A stretch of DNA of 63,865 nucleotides, counting the filler, from Limisphaerales bacterium (GTDB lineage: Bacteria > Verrucomicrobiota > Verrucomicrobiia > Limisphaerales > SIBE01): the NCBI GenBank assembly GCA_044225505.1. It is 3 parts of 3 records of this genome, joined end to end, with 100 filler letters (N's around TTAATTAATTAA, not from the genome) between each part and the next. Parts side by side here need not be neighbours in the genome. Positions count along the whole stretch, not along the records: positions 26,682 to 52,433 come from JBGAIN010000121.1; positions 52,534 to 63,865 come from JBGAIN010000215.1; 1 more part is not named here. One strand, written 5' to 3'. Positions within the stretch are counted from its first letter, which is position 1, and every line of letters begins with the position of its first letter. The notes beneath the pieces are model-generated. The model was not told the origin of the DNA. It saw nothing but the letters and a program-made list of their open reading frames with translations, and ran no database searches. Made by a program: the position numbers and the translations under genes. Shown here one piece after another: positions 47,368 to 56,869 of this stretch.

Positions 47368-48688
47368 CTACCGGCTCAGGATTTCCGTCACTTCCGGATA
47401 AAACGGCGACGGGCCTTCCAGAAGTAAATCGTTCTCGCCTTGAAGGAACTTGTTGAAGGTAGAGATCGCGTAGGCCAACAGAACCTGGGAAAGGCGGCGG
47501 GCAGAATTGCCACCATCAAAAAGAGGCATGACACTCATGTTGCGATGGACCGAGCCTTCGATATGCAACCAATACGCTGGACCTGTCGCGAGATTGAACA
47601 GCTCAAATCCATCAACGAATTCACCGGTGATTACCAAGAGCGGTTTGGCAATCCCGACCCCGAGGAGATCTTCCACCATCGAAATCAGACCTGGATCCAG
47701 CAGAACCCCAGCTTTAACGCGACTGTCCTCCAGACATGCCTGCGCGGCACACACACCGCCAATCGACCAACCGCACATGCCAATGCGATTCAGGTCAATT
47801 CGACCGCGCAGCATATCGTCGGTCTCATTAAGCGCTGCTAGGTGGTCTAATATCAATCTCGTATCGCGGTATCGGAATTCATAAGTAAGCGGAGAATCCA
47901 TTGCCAGCGTCCCTTGGGCAGGGCTGCCGTCCGGCAGTTGGGTGTAGGGACAGTCTTCGTGATCGGCACTCAAGACAATGAAGCCGTAGCTCGCCAGTTC
48001 GGCGGCGAGGATCGAGTTGTCACGCCGAAACCCGCCACCGCCGCAAGAATAGATCACCACCGGGTAGGCCATACGGTCCGCTGCGAGGGAAAGATCTTTA
48101 AAGACGTCGTTGTGAATCAGCGCCGCATAGGCACCAAACCGCGATGACAATTCCGAATCGAGTATCCGCTCTGGCAATCGTCCGGGTTCACGCGTTCCAG
48201 GATACCAAAACGTAACGACGAACGAATTGTTCGTCTCAATGCCATATCGGTTTGAGAGCGAAGCGTCTGTGAAAACCCGGTCGAATGTTCCAACCGCGTA
48301 CGGGCCTGTGGGCGGAGGAGAGATCGCAAAGAGGTTTGTCGCTGGTGTCCGATAGAATCGGCCGGGCGCAGCGCCACGATCCGCATATACCACTCGATTG
48401 GTATCCGCGTTGGTCTGAACAAGCGTGGTTAGCAGGCGCCAGTCATGAAGGTTGGTTGAGATCTCGATGGGATAAAGATCTAGATAAAGGCTTGAAGTCC
48501 TTGGACACGCCGCCCGACAACGAGAGGACGACTCCCTGAACAGGATCAACGGTAACGGAGTCAAACTGATGGGGGAGAAGTCCAGACGTGTCCAGTGTCG
48601 GCGTGACGGCCCGGATTTGGACCGAGAATACAACCAGCGCGAGGAAACAAATGCTTGCTTTGGCCGAGCAGTATCGGAACAGGCCCAT
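47368..48688 (-). CDS. Secreted PAF-acetylhydrolase-like alpha/beta hydrolase with N-terminal RFYR domain; one frameshift at ~48487
   Basis: The signal peptide is in ORF 48443..48688. Removing one base from the A-run 48486-48488 joins ...SKDFKP to YLDLYPIEISTNLHDW...RFYR. Then PPTGPYAVG, FWYP, YPVVIYS, GWSIGG nucleophile, GSVH. Confidence 0.8.
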
Positions 48689-48788
48689 AGATTCATCCGC
48701 CGAGCGGCGCAGGCGAACCTTTTTCCGGCTTACATCAGCCGAAATGCCGCAACGGTTTCAGAGAGGCAGATCGCGAATTGGCGAGGAG

Positions 48789-49622
48789 TTATTTTTTCCG
48801 GGTCGAACGTTCCATTAACCAGAGCGCATCCTGGTTGTTCTTCGAAGGTTGGTTTAGCGGCAAGAGAGCCCCTTTCTTCAGGACGGGCATCGTGCGTGGG
48901 TCTTTCCACTTATGCACTTCAGCATGTCCATCCGCAAACGATAGACCGGCGGCACCGTTGTGGTAACTTGCAGGATAATCAACAATCGTCCATGAGTTTG
49001 GCGCATCGGGATACCCAGTCATTCCGACGACAAGTTCCGCGTCGTTGATTCCGTCTTCGCGTTCGTCCATCAGCACCCAGGTCATAGACGGACCAGGGTC
49101 GTTGAACTCGGTGGCCTTTTTGTAAACGCGGTAGCCCGATCCAAAGTTCGCGACATCGGTCGAATTTAACCAGGCGTTCATCGACATACTTCTTACCCGG
49201 TTCAAGGTTTGGCTGCCTTTCTTTACGGTGCTGCGATCGGCTGGACATCGCCACATCGACGGATTGTTAGCGCCATAGGGCCAGAGGACGCTCTTGACAA
49301 TGTCTTTGTTGATATCCCAGTTGCTCGCGTTGCCACCACTGAAATCCAGCGAACCGTGCACCCATTCGGCCGCATCCCCAGGGTTGTACGAATAAGGCAG
49401 GTTTTCCTGGCTATCGTCGAGGTAAAGCCGCCAAGCCAACATCATCTGCCGGTTATTGTTCATGCACATGATGCCTTGCGCTTTCGTCTTCGACTTACTC
49501 AGCGCCGGCAAGAGCATTCCGGCCAAGATCGCAATGATCGCGATGACGACCAGGAGTTCGATAAGAGTAAACCCAAACGGCCGCCGTTCGACACGAGGCA
49601 AAGAACTTGAATGGCAACGCAT
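48789..49622 (-). CDS. Prepilin-type N-terminal cleavage/methylation protein with H-X9-DG motif (DUF1559-like pseudopilin)
   Basis: GFTLIELLVVIAIIAILAGMLLPAL, C.NN.RQ, CPAD, YHNGAAGLSFADGH. Confidence 0.93.
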   Translation of the reverse strand: MRCHSSSLPRVERRPFGFTLIELLVVIAIIAILAGMLLPALSKSKTKAQGIMCMNNNRQMMLAWRLYLDDSQENLPYSYNPGDAAEWVHGSLDFSGGNASNWDINKDIVKSVLWPYGANNPSMWRCPADRSTVKKGSQTLNRVRSMSMNAWLNSTDVANFGSGYRVYKKATEFNDPGPSMTWVLMDEREDGINDAELVVGMTGYPDAPNSWTIVDYPASYHNGAAGLSFADGHAEVHKWKDPRTMPVLKKGALLPLNQPSKNNQDALWLMERSTRKK

Positions 49623-49837
49623 AAGTAATACAAATCAACGCACCAGCACTTTTATTATTGTCGTTTTCTAGAAACAACGCAATCGCGAAAGAGTTACACG
49701 TCTGTGACTTCGCAGGAGAGCCCAACCTTGTTAACGGGCGCTGTTTGATCGACGAGCGTAAAGATCGTTCCCAGAATGTCTGCAACCGCCGCGTCAATCA
49801 TGACCAAATGGATCATGAGAAAATGACGCTCGCTGCC

Positions 49838-51091
49838 CTAAAACTGATCGACCGCAACGACGCGAACAATCTCCTCCAACGGTGTTTGACCTTCTGCAAC
49901 TCGACGCATCCCGTTGTGCCACAGGGTCTGCATGCCTTGTTGCACAGCCACATCTTGAAGCGCGCGCGTCGGGAGTTTCTGAAGGACGGCCTCCCGAAAC
50001 GTCTCGTCAACCACCAGCAGTTCGCACAGCGCGGTGCGACCCGCAAAACCGGTGTTTAAGCACTCTTTGCAGCCTGCCCCGCGACGGAAGGTAGCCTGCT
50101 CTGCAAGGTCCGCGGGGAGCAACCTTACTAAGCTCGGCTCTGGAGCATACGGCTCGCAGCAGTAGGGGCAATTCTTGCGAATCAATCGAAGCCCCATAAT
50201 TCCAATGACGCTGGAGGCAAGGAGAAACGGTTCAAGCTCCATATTGACCAAGCGAGCAAAGACTCCAGCGGTCGTCCCGGTATGGATAGTACTAATCACA
50301 AGGTGCCCTGTCAGACCTGCTTGGACGGCAATTGCGGCGGTTTCGGCATCCCGGATTTCGCCGATCATAATGACTTGCGGATCTTGACGCATGAGAGAAC
50401 GAAGCGCGCGAGGATAAGTGAATTCCTTGGCCGGGTTGATCTGAGCCTGGCTGATCATGGGAAGGTTGAACTCCACAGGATCCTCCACCGTGCTCACACT
50501 GATGGTCGGACCTGAATGTTCAACGATGTATTGGAGGGCCGCGTAGATCGCCGTGGTCTTGCCAGAGCCGGTCGGCCCCGTGAAAAGCAGCAAACCGCCT
50601 GGACGCGAAAGCAACTTCGTGAGGTCCCGGAGATTCGCCTCCTCCAGCCCGAGTCGGGTAAGATCAAAGGTGCGGTTTCGCGGGTCAAAAATACGGATGA
50701 CAATCTTCTCCCCTCGGACGGTCGGGAAAACAGAAATGCGCAATTCGACGCTCCCAAAGTCCGGACTGGCCGGAGCATGCCCCTCCTGTGGCAGATCATT
50801 CTGATAGCTGATGAGATTCGCCATGACCTTGATGCGGCCTGATAACTTGTCCATCAAATCCAGCGGCAGGTGCACGAGCTCCGTTAGCACTCCCAGTAAT
50901 CGAATACGCACCACGATTGAGCTTTCCCAAGGTTCGATATGAATGTCACTCGCTCCGGCCGCGACGGCATCCTGGATCAAATGGTTCACCAGCGTCGCAG
51001 TCTCGAGTGACTGGCCAGATGGCAAAGACTGGAGGTAAGTAGTGGATTGGCTCACACTTGCAGCGGTTAGAGTAATGATGAACGTAGGCAT
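49838..51091 (-). CDS. GspE/PilB-family secretion ATPase (lacking the long N-terminal domain)
   Basis: ASDIHIEP, Walker A GPTGSGKT, TVEDPVE, MRQDP.VIMIGEIRD, TGHLVISTIH, Zn motif CPYC...CKEC. Start uncertain. Confidence 0.92.
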   Translation of the reverse strand: MPTFIITLTAASVSQSTTYLQSLPSGQSLETATLVNHLIQDAVAAGASDIHIEPWESSIVVRIRLLGVLTELVHLPLDLMDKLSGRIKVMANLISYQNDLPQEGHAPASPDFGSVELRISVFPTVRGEKIVIRIFDPRNRTFDLTRLGLEEANLRDLTKLLSRPGGLLLFTGPTGSGKTTAIYAALQYIVEHSGPTISVSTVEDPVEFNLPMISQAQINPAKEFTYPRALRSLMRQDPQVIMIGEIRDAETAAIAVQAGLTGHLVISTIHTGTTAGVFARLVNMELEPFLLASSVIGIMGLRLIRKNCPYCCEPYAPEPSLVRLLPADLAEQATFRRGAGCKECLNTGFAGRTALCELLVVDETFREAVLQKLPTRALQDVAVQQGMQTLWHNGMRRVAEGQTPLEEIVRVVAVDQF

Positions 51092-51228
51092 CTAACCGAC
51101 CTGATCCCCGTTTGTCCAGATGTTCCCAGTCTTCTCAGTCCGGCCGAAACTCGGTCGGCACAGTCGGACCAAACCCGGAAGTTGCTCAAGATCGATAACT
51201 TGTGCTAGGTAACGGTGTGGTTGTTGCC

Positions 51229-52071
51229 ATGTCGCCGAAGGAAAAGGTCTTAGTCCGGCAAGGCTGGATTGGTTTAGGCCTCATTGGCCTGTTCTGGCCA
51301 TTGAATTGGCTGCTCGCAGAATCAACCTTCCGGACGGCCTATCTCTTCTTTCCGCTCTGGCTTGGATACATTCTGGCCGTCGACGGGTTAGTAGCGGTTC
51401 GGACGGGGAGTTCGATGCTAAATCGCCTGCGCGGTCAGTTTCTCTGGCTGTTCGTTGCCTCAGCGCCGGCCTGGTGGCTCTTTGAAGCCATCAACTCCCG
51501 GACCAAGAATTGGGAATACATTGGTGGCCAGGCGTTTTCTGGGCTGCAGTACGCCATTCTGAGTTCAATCTCGTTCTCGACGGTGATGCCAGCCGTATTT
51601 GAATCTGCGGAGCTGGTGCGCACTTTCCGCTGGATCAACCGGTTCGCAAGCGGGCCTAGACTCCACCCGTCGTTACCCATGTCCCTGGGATTGCTCGTCG
51701 CGGGGTGCATCATGCTGGCTCTCACATTGCTCTGGCCACGATATTTCTACCCGTTCGTCTGGGGTGCAGTATTTCTCATACTTGAACCGCTCAACGTCGC
51801 TTTGCAGCGGGAAACGTTTTTTGGATGGTTGCAGAAAGGCGATTGGAGACCGGTCGTCGCTCTTTCTTTGGGAGCTTTGTTATGCGGATTTTTCTGGGAG
51901 ATGTGGAACTATTATTCGTTCCCTAAATGGGTCTACCACACGCCGGGCGCTGAATTTTGGCACATCTTTGAGATGCCACTTTTGGGGTATCTTGGCTATC
52001 TGCCGTTTGCATGGGAATTGTTCGCGTTGCGTAACTTTGTTTGGCAGAAAGCGCCCCCGTTGCGCCTGTGA
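51229..52071 (+). CDS. Multi-pass membrane protein of unknown function
   Basis: About 8 hydrophobic segments with internally repeated WWLFEAIN..NWEY / FFWEMWN..KWVY and FEMPLLGYLGYLPF. Confidence 0.8.
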   Translation: MSPKEKVLVRQGWIGLGLIGLFWPLNWLLAESTFRTAYLFFPLWLGYILAVDGLVAVRTGSSMLNRLRGQFLWLFVASAPAWWLFEAINSRTKNWEYIGGQAFSGLQYAILSSISFSTVMPAVFESAELVRTFRWINRFASGPRLHPSLPMSLGLLVAGCIMLALTLLWPRYFYPFVWGAVFLILEPLNVALQRETFFGWLQKGDWRPVVALSLGALLCGFFWEMWNYYSFPKWVYHTPGAEFWHIFEMPLLGYLGYLPFAWELFALRNFVWQKAPPLRL

Positions 52072-52076
52072 CGCGG

Positions 52077-52433
52077 CTAGACTTGGTTCGGCACGACAAA
52101 CGGAGCGCGATATTCCCGCTGGAGGTAGGCATTGGCCGTCCCGCCAGTCTCCCCGACGAATCGGTCGGAATTCGAGTCGTACTGCACCCACGGGCCAAGC
52201 ACCGCCGGAGTTTGACTTAGCTCGACTCCGTTTGCTCGAAGGTGTTCGCGACACCGCTCATAGGCCTCGACCCATTCGGCGCGCGCTCGGATCGATTCAA
52301 GAATCGCCTCGGGGCTGCTCTGCGCGCCAAGTCGGTGAGAAATGTTCGCCATATGACAGCAACTGGCCGAATGGTGTCCTTGAGTGCCGTTGGCATGAAG
52401 GCTGTCAGCTTTCCGGGTTCGGACCGCGTTTAG
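52077..52433 (-). CDS. Gfo/Idh/MocA-family oxidoreductase, C-terminal fragment (cut by contig end)
   Basis: Frame open from the contig edge: LNAVRTRK...GHHSASCCHMANISHRLG...D...RF...ANAYLQREYRAPFVVP. Confidence 0.75.
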   Translation of the reverse strand, partial: LNAVRTRKADSLHANGTQGHHSASCCHMANISHRLGAQSSPEAILESIRARAEWVEAYERCREHLRANGVELSQTPAVLGPWVQYDSNSDRFVGETGGTANAYLQREYRAPFVVPNQV

Positions 52434-52533
52434 NNNNNNNNNNNNNNNNNNNNNNNNNNNNNNNNNNNNNNNNNNNNTTAATTAATTAANNNNNNNNNNN
52501 NNNNNNNNNNNNNNNNNNNNNNNNNNNNNNNNN
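52434..52533. other. Artificial contig linker
   Basis: N-run, TTAATTAATTAA (52478-52489), N-run; same design as the first linker. Confidence 0.97.
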
Positions 52534-52535
52534 AA

Positions 52536-52862
52536 TCCGTCCGATTGGCGATTTTCACGGTTGGAGTTGGCTTGGGATTGGCCCTTCTGTTCGCCTATTT
52601 GACGACTTACGCGCCGATGGGGCTTGGACGGTTCGCAGGCCTTTCCCTGGTCTTGGCGGGTGGTATCAGCAACTTGCTCGACCGGATTCTGCGCCAAGGT
52701 TTGGTGACCGACTTTGTGACTATTCAGTTGGGGCCTTTCCGGACGGGCGTGTTTAACCTTGCAGACGTGCTCATTCTAACGGGTGTCGGCGTGATGATTA
52801 GCACGATGTTGCGCCTAACTCGCTCTCACAGCGCGATTCCGCCTTCCACCGGGTCGCATTAA
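52536..52862 (+). CDS. lspA: Lipoprotein signal peptidase II, C-terminal fragment
   Basis: LAGGISNLLDR, VTDF, VFNLAD catalytic motifs; frame open from the contig edge. Confidence 0.88.
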   Translation, partial: SVRLAIFTVGVGLGLALLFAYLTTYAPMGLGRFAGLSLVLAGGISNLLDRILRQGLVTDFVTIQLGPFRTGVFNLADVLILTGVGVMISTMLRLTRSHSAIPPSTGSH

Positions 52863-52986
52863 GTCGCGATTGTCAGCTTGCGGAACGATTCTATCCCGGA
52901 CCCGAACGCTTCAAATCGGTCCGCGGCAGGATTCTAAGACGCGCCTTCACTTGACTTTGCCCAGGCCCTGATGCCTTTTTTGGGAC

Positions 52987-55092
52987 ATGTTCACCCTCAA
53001 ACGAGCTGGGTTGGAGCGGGAGGCAAGGCTACGCCTCGTCTGTGGAGCCGCTTTCCTGATCTTGACCGTCCTCCCTCACGCGATCGGTGCCCCTGCGCTG
53101 CGCCCGATGGAAATCGACGATCTTTTTCGCTCGCGTCGACTTGCGGACCCTCAAGTCTCGCCCAATGGACGGTGGGTGGCCTACACGGTCACCGAGATCG
53201 ATAAGACCGAGAACCGCAGCGCTAGCGATATTTGGATCATTCCGACCTCTGGGGGCGAACCGAGGCGATTGACCAATTCGCCCAAGCACGATCGGCACCC
53301 GCGCTGGTCGCCGGACGGTCAATGGATTGCCTTTGAATCCAATCGGTCCGGTGAATTCCAAATCTACCTGATTCGCCCGGATGGCGGTGAGGCGGTCGCG
53401 ATTACCTCGGTCTCGACAGAAGCGCAGCAAGCGATCTGGTCCCCGGATGGACGGCAGATTGCCTTCGTTTCCGCGGTTTTCCCGGAGTTTTCCTCCAAAC
53501 CGTTTTCCGAGAGCGATCTGGCGAACAAAAAGAAGTCCGAGGAACGTGACAAGAGCAAGGTCAAGGCGCGCGTCATGACCTCGCTGCTTTATCGGCATTG
53601 GGATAGTTGGGTGGATGGAAAACGCCAACATTTGTTCGTCATGCCTGTCCATGCGGGTGCTGCATCTGGAGATCCTCGAGACGTCACGCCGGGCGATCGC
53701 GACGCTGTTCCTAACTCAACCACTTTCTCCGCTGGAGATGACTTTGATTTCTCTCCCGACGGAGAATGGCTCGCTTATACAGCCACGCCTCAGCCCTCAC
53801 GAGAGGAAGCGTGGAGCACCAACCACGACATTTATGAAGTCCATCTGAAATCAGGCGAACGCCGACAGGTGACTCGAAATCTGGCCGCTGACGGATTTCC
53901 GCGTTATTCGCCAGACGGCCAATACCTGGCCTACCGAGGGCAAACACGGCCTGGATTCGAATCCGATCGTTGGCAGCTCATGCGCATCGATCGGGCGTCT
54001 GGTGAGTCGCGCAGTTTAACCGCCGATTTTGATAGTTCGGTCGATTCGTTCGTGTGGGCCTCGGACAGTCGTTCGCTCTTCCTGGAAGCGGAAGAACGCG
54101 GGCGCAAACCGCTCTGGTTTGTTTCAGTCGATGGCGGCCAGGTGCAGCGCATTTTCGAAGAGGCTACCAATGCGGATATTTCAGTCGTTCCCAGGGAGGG
54201 GCAGTTGATCTTTACACATCAATCCATGTCTCGACCCGCTGAACTGGCGCGTGTGCGGATCGATGGCAGCGACTTCCACGTGTTGACGAAAGCCAATGAT
54301 TCTTTGTTTGCCGACCTCCGAATGTCCAAGCCCGAGTCCGTCTGGTTTGACGGGGCGGCCGGCGCCAAGGTGCAGATGTGGATCGTCAAACCGCCTCAGT
54401 TTGAGAGCGGGAAGAAGTATCCGTTGGTGTTCTGGGTGCATGGCGGTCCGCAAGGCGCGTTTCTTGATTCCTGGTCGTATCGTTGGAACCCTCAGTTATG
54501 GGCGGCGCAAGGATATGTGTTGGCTTTGCCCAACCCGCGCGGGAGTACTGGGTTTGGACAACGGTTCACGGACGAGATCAGCCAGGATTGGGCCGGCAAG
54601 GTTTATGAAGATCTTATGAACGGCCTGGCTTACCTGGGACAGCAATCATTCGTCGATACGAACCGGATGGCGGCGGCGGGGGCATCCTATGGCGGATACA
54701 TGATGAACTGGTTTCAAGGGCACACCGACGTCTTCAAAACTCTCATCACGCATTGCGGGGTCTACAACTTCTGGAACATGTATGGTGCTACCGAGGAGGT
54801 TTGGTTCGATGAATGGGAACATGGGATTCCCTGGCAGAAGGAAGATTTCGACAAGTTCTCCCCACATCGATTTGCGGCCAAGTTCAAAACCCCGCACCTC
54901 ATCATCCATAACGAACTCGATTTTCGCATCCCGGTCACCGAAGGAATGAATCTCTTCACCACGCTTCAAAGGAAAGGCATTCCTTCCAAGTTTCTCTATT
55001 TCCCTGATGAAGGTCATTGGGTGTTGAAACCGCAGAACAGCGAGCTCTGGCACCGGACGATCTTCGACTGGCTGCAGCAGTTTCTGCAGTGA
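52987..55092 (+). CDS. S9 family serine peptidase (dipeptidyl/acylaminoacyl peptidase)
   Basis: Signal-like N-terminus, WSPDG propeller repeats, KYPLVFWVHGGP, NPRGSTGFG, GASYGG, ELDFRIP, DEGHWV. Confidence 0.94.
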   Translation: MFTLKRAGLEREARLRLVCGAAFLILTVLPHAIGAPALRPMEIDDLFRSRRLADPQVSPNGRWVAYTVTEIDKTENRSASDIWIIPTSGGEPRRLTNSPKHDRHPRWSPDGQWIAFESNRSGEFQIYLIRPDGGEAVAITSVSTEAQQAIWSPDGRQIAFVSAVFPEFSSKPFSESDLANKKKSEERDKSKVKARVMTSLLYRHWDSWVDGKRQHLFVMPVHAGAASGDPRDVTPGDRDAVPNSTTFSAGDDFDFSPDGEWLAYTATPQPSREEAWSTNHDIYEVHLKSGERRQVTRNLAADGFPRYSPDGQYLAYRGQTRPGFESDRWQLMRIDRASGESRSLTADFDSSVDSFVWASDSRSLFLEAEERGRKPLWFVSVDGGQVQRIFEEATNADISVVPREGQLIFTHQSMSRPAELARVRIDGSDFHVLTKANDSLFADLRMSKPESVWFDGAAGAKVQMWIVKPPQFESGKKYPLVFWVHGGPQGAFLDSWSYRWNPQLWAAQGYVLALPNPRGSTGFGQRFTDEISQDWAGKVYEDLMNGLAYLGQQSFVDTNRMAAAGASYGGYMMNWFQGHTDVFKTLITHCGVYNFWNMYGATEEVWFDEWEHGIPWQKEDFDKFSPHRFAAKFKTPHLIIHNELDFRIPVTEGMNLFTTLQRKGIPSKFLYFPDEGHWVLKPQNSELWHRTIFDWLQQFLQ

Positions 55093-55193
55093 GGTCGTAT
55101 TTGGCTGGCGGCGTTCGAATAATCGGCGATTGACCCTGGAGCGCCGCGCTGCCGCCCTTGGAACATTGAACGCCAGCTTGGTTCGTAACCTTC

Positions 55194-56759
55194 TCAAGGC
55201 CCCGTTTGCAGCCGGTAAAACTGCTCAGCCCCGCTGAGTGGTGTCGGCAATTCAATTTCAATTTTTCCACCGGTTCCAGCCCGTTCGGAACCTGGCAGAG
55301 GTGCCCAACCGGTGCTCGACCAGTCATGCCGAGACAGCACGAGATAGTTTTGGCCGGCGACGGAATTGAATTGCAGCCGGTACGGTCCGGAGGGATTGGC
55401 CGGAGGCAATATCTCGAGGGCCAGACTTGGACTTCCGGGCACGACCGAAACATTGTCCAGACCGATGTATTGCCCTCCGACGCTAGTCGTTCCGGTAATG
55501 GTGAGGGGCACTTCGCTGGAGGCGGCGACAAAACTCATGCTGAACGTTTGCCACTGGTTACCGGTGCCCGATGGGGTGAAGGTAAATGATTCACTGGTTG
55601 AGCCCGCGTCGATCGTGACCGTGACAGGGCCGCGGTAAACGGGGCTGTCCTCATCCGTTCCCAAGGCCAGGGCGACTTCGTAAGATTGTCCGGGAGTCGT
55701 CGCTATTGTCTGCGTCACGCCGCCGAACGGCGGACTATCATGGTACCCTGTGAGATCGAGAAACAGCTCGCCGTAGGGCGTAGTGGGCCCGAAGGAATTC
55801 TGATTGATGCCCCAAATGAGTTCTCCACCCGTTGTGGTCCATCCTGGGATTTCCGTCGAGCCTAGGGGTAGCGACATGACGCCATTGCCATCCGGAAGGA
55901 ATGAAAGAGAGCAACCGATCTCGAAACTGCCGTTCACCACCAACTCCTTCGCCAAGGCTGGTGTCTCGGAGTTGTCTGGCACGACCGACACGTTGTCCAA
56001 TCCCAAATAGACACCACCGGAGAGTGTTCCCGCAATCACGATGTCTGTGGTGTCGGCGTCCGCGGTAAATGGGAGGCTGAATGTCTGCCATTGATCACCT
56101 CCGTTCTTGTTCGGGACAAGAGTGAACAGGGTCGCGACAGAACCGGCGCAAACGGAAATCGTTTTGCGTCCGGCTGCGCCCGGAAAAACGGCATTCGATC
56201 CGAGGGCCAGGGAAAGGCGATACCTGCGTCCGGGCGCCGTTTGGATCGTCTGGTACAGGGCTGCATGCGGCCCGGCGTAGCCGGTTAAGTCGAGGAACTG
56301 CTGCCCGAACGGCGTGGTCACGCCGAAGGTGTTTGTATTATCAATCCAAGCGGCTTCATTACGAGTGATCGTCCAACCGGGAATCGCGGCAGATCCGACC
56401 GGAAGCGCCATCGCTCCGTTAGCATCGCGAACGAAGGTTAAGTCGGTGTCTTCGAAGCTTCCGTTCACGATTAATTCCCCCGTCCGGGGAGCGCTTGCGG
56501 CGGACGCATTGCGAAACTCGCCCGTCATGACAAACGCGCCTCCGCTCATCGCGCTACCAGAGGCAACAGCGAACGAGCCGCTCAGTTCGAAATCTCCGTT
56601 CGCGCTCGGATCGCTCATCGTTTCAAAGCCGATCGGCTCGAGCGCGAACTCTTGTGCAGACGCGCTCAAAAGCCAGCCGGTGAGCACCCCGGATGCGAGC
56701 GCGACCCTGCGGACCCATCGAACCAGGGGATTTTGGAGAAGAGAGTGGTTCTCGGTCAT
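55194..56759 (-). CDS. Secreted protein: short Gly-rich N-terminal module, two DUF642/choice-of-anchor-C-like beta-sandwiches, C-terminal QFYR domain
   Basis: Signal peptide ending SASA; two copies of EL.VNGSFE...IPGWT...FLDLTGY...QTI.T.PG..Y...WQTFS..F.A...GLDNVSV. Alternative start 56873 overlaps the upstream stop (ATGA). Confidence 0.85.
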   Translation of the reverse strand: MTENHSLLQNPLVRWVRRVALASGVLTGWLLSASAQEFALEPIGFETMSDPSANGDFELSGSFAVASGSAMSGGAFVMTGEFRNASAASAPRTGELIVNGSFEDTDLTFVRDANGAMALPVGSAAIPGWTITRNEAAWIDNTNTFGVTTPFGQQFLDLTGYAGPHAALYQTIQTAPGRRYRLSLALGSNAVFPGAAGRKTISVCAGSVATLFTLVPNKNGGDQWQTFSLPFTADADTTDIVIAGTLSGGVYLGLDNVSVVPDNSETPALAKELVVNGSFEIGCSLSFLPDGNGVMSLPLGSTEIPGWTTTGGELIWGINQNSFGPTTPYGELFLDLTGYHDSPPFGGVTQTIATTPGQSYEVALALGTDEDSPVYRGPVTVTIDAGSTSESFTFTPSGTGNQWQTFSMSFVAASSEVPLTITGTTSVGGQYIGLDNVSVVPGSPSLALEILPPANPSGPYRLQFNSVAGQNYLVLSRHDWSSTGWAPLPGSERAGTGGKIEIELPTPLSGAEQFYRLQTGP

Positions 56760-56869
56760 TCCTGTCGCGCGCGTCGACGTTTTCGAGTCTCTGCGAGTGC
56801 GCGCGTGGTCGCGAGTCCGTGGCGGGTCCAAAAAGGGCTGATCCAGGTCTGGTAGAAATCTTGAAGTTC

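Noticed and set aside
51599..52489. 296-aa ORF and the many other overlapping or antisense ORFs in the track (e.g. 2961..3692, 57218..58153, 58285..59142)
   Set aside because: They overlap well-supported genes in other frames and lack motifs; such shadow ORFs are expected in GC-rich DNA.
55440..56480. Duplicated domains as diversity-generating retroelement template/variable repeats (also 58960-59390)
   Set aside because: The copies are in-frame protein domain repeats that diverge at all base types, and no reverse transcriptase is present.
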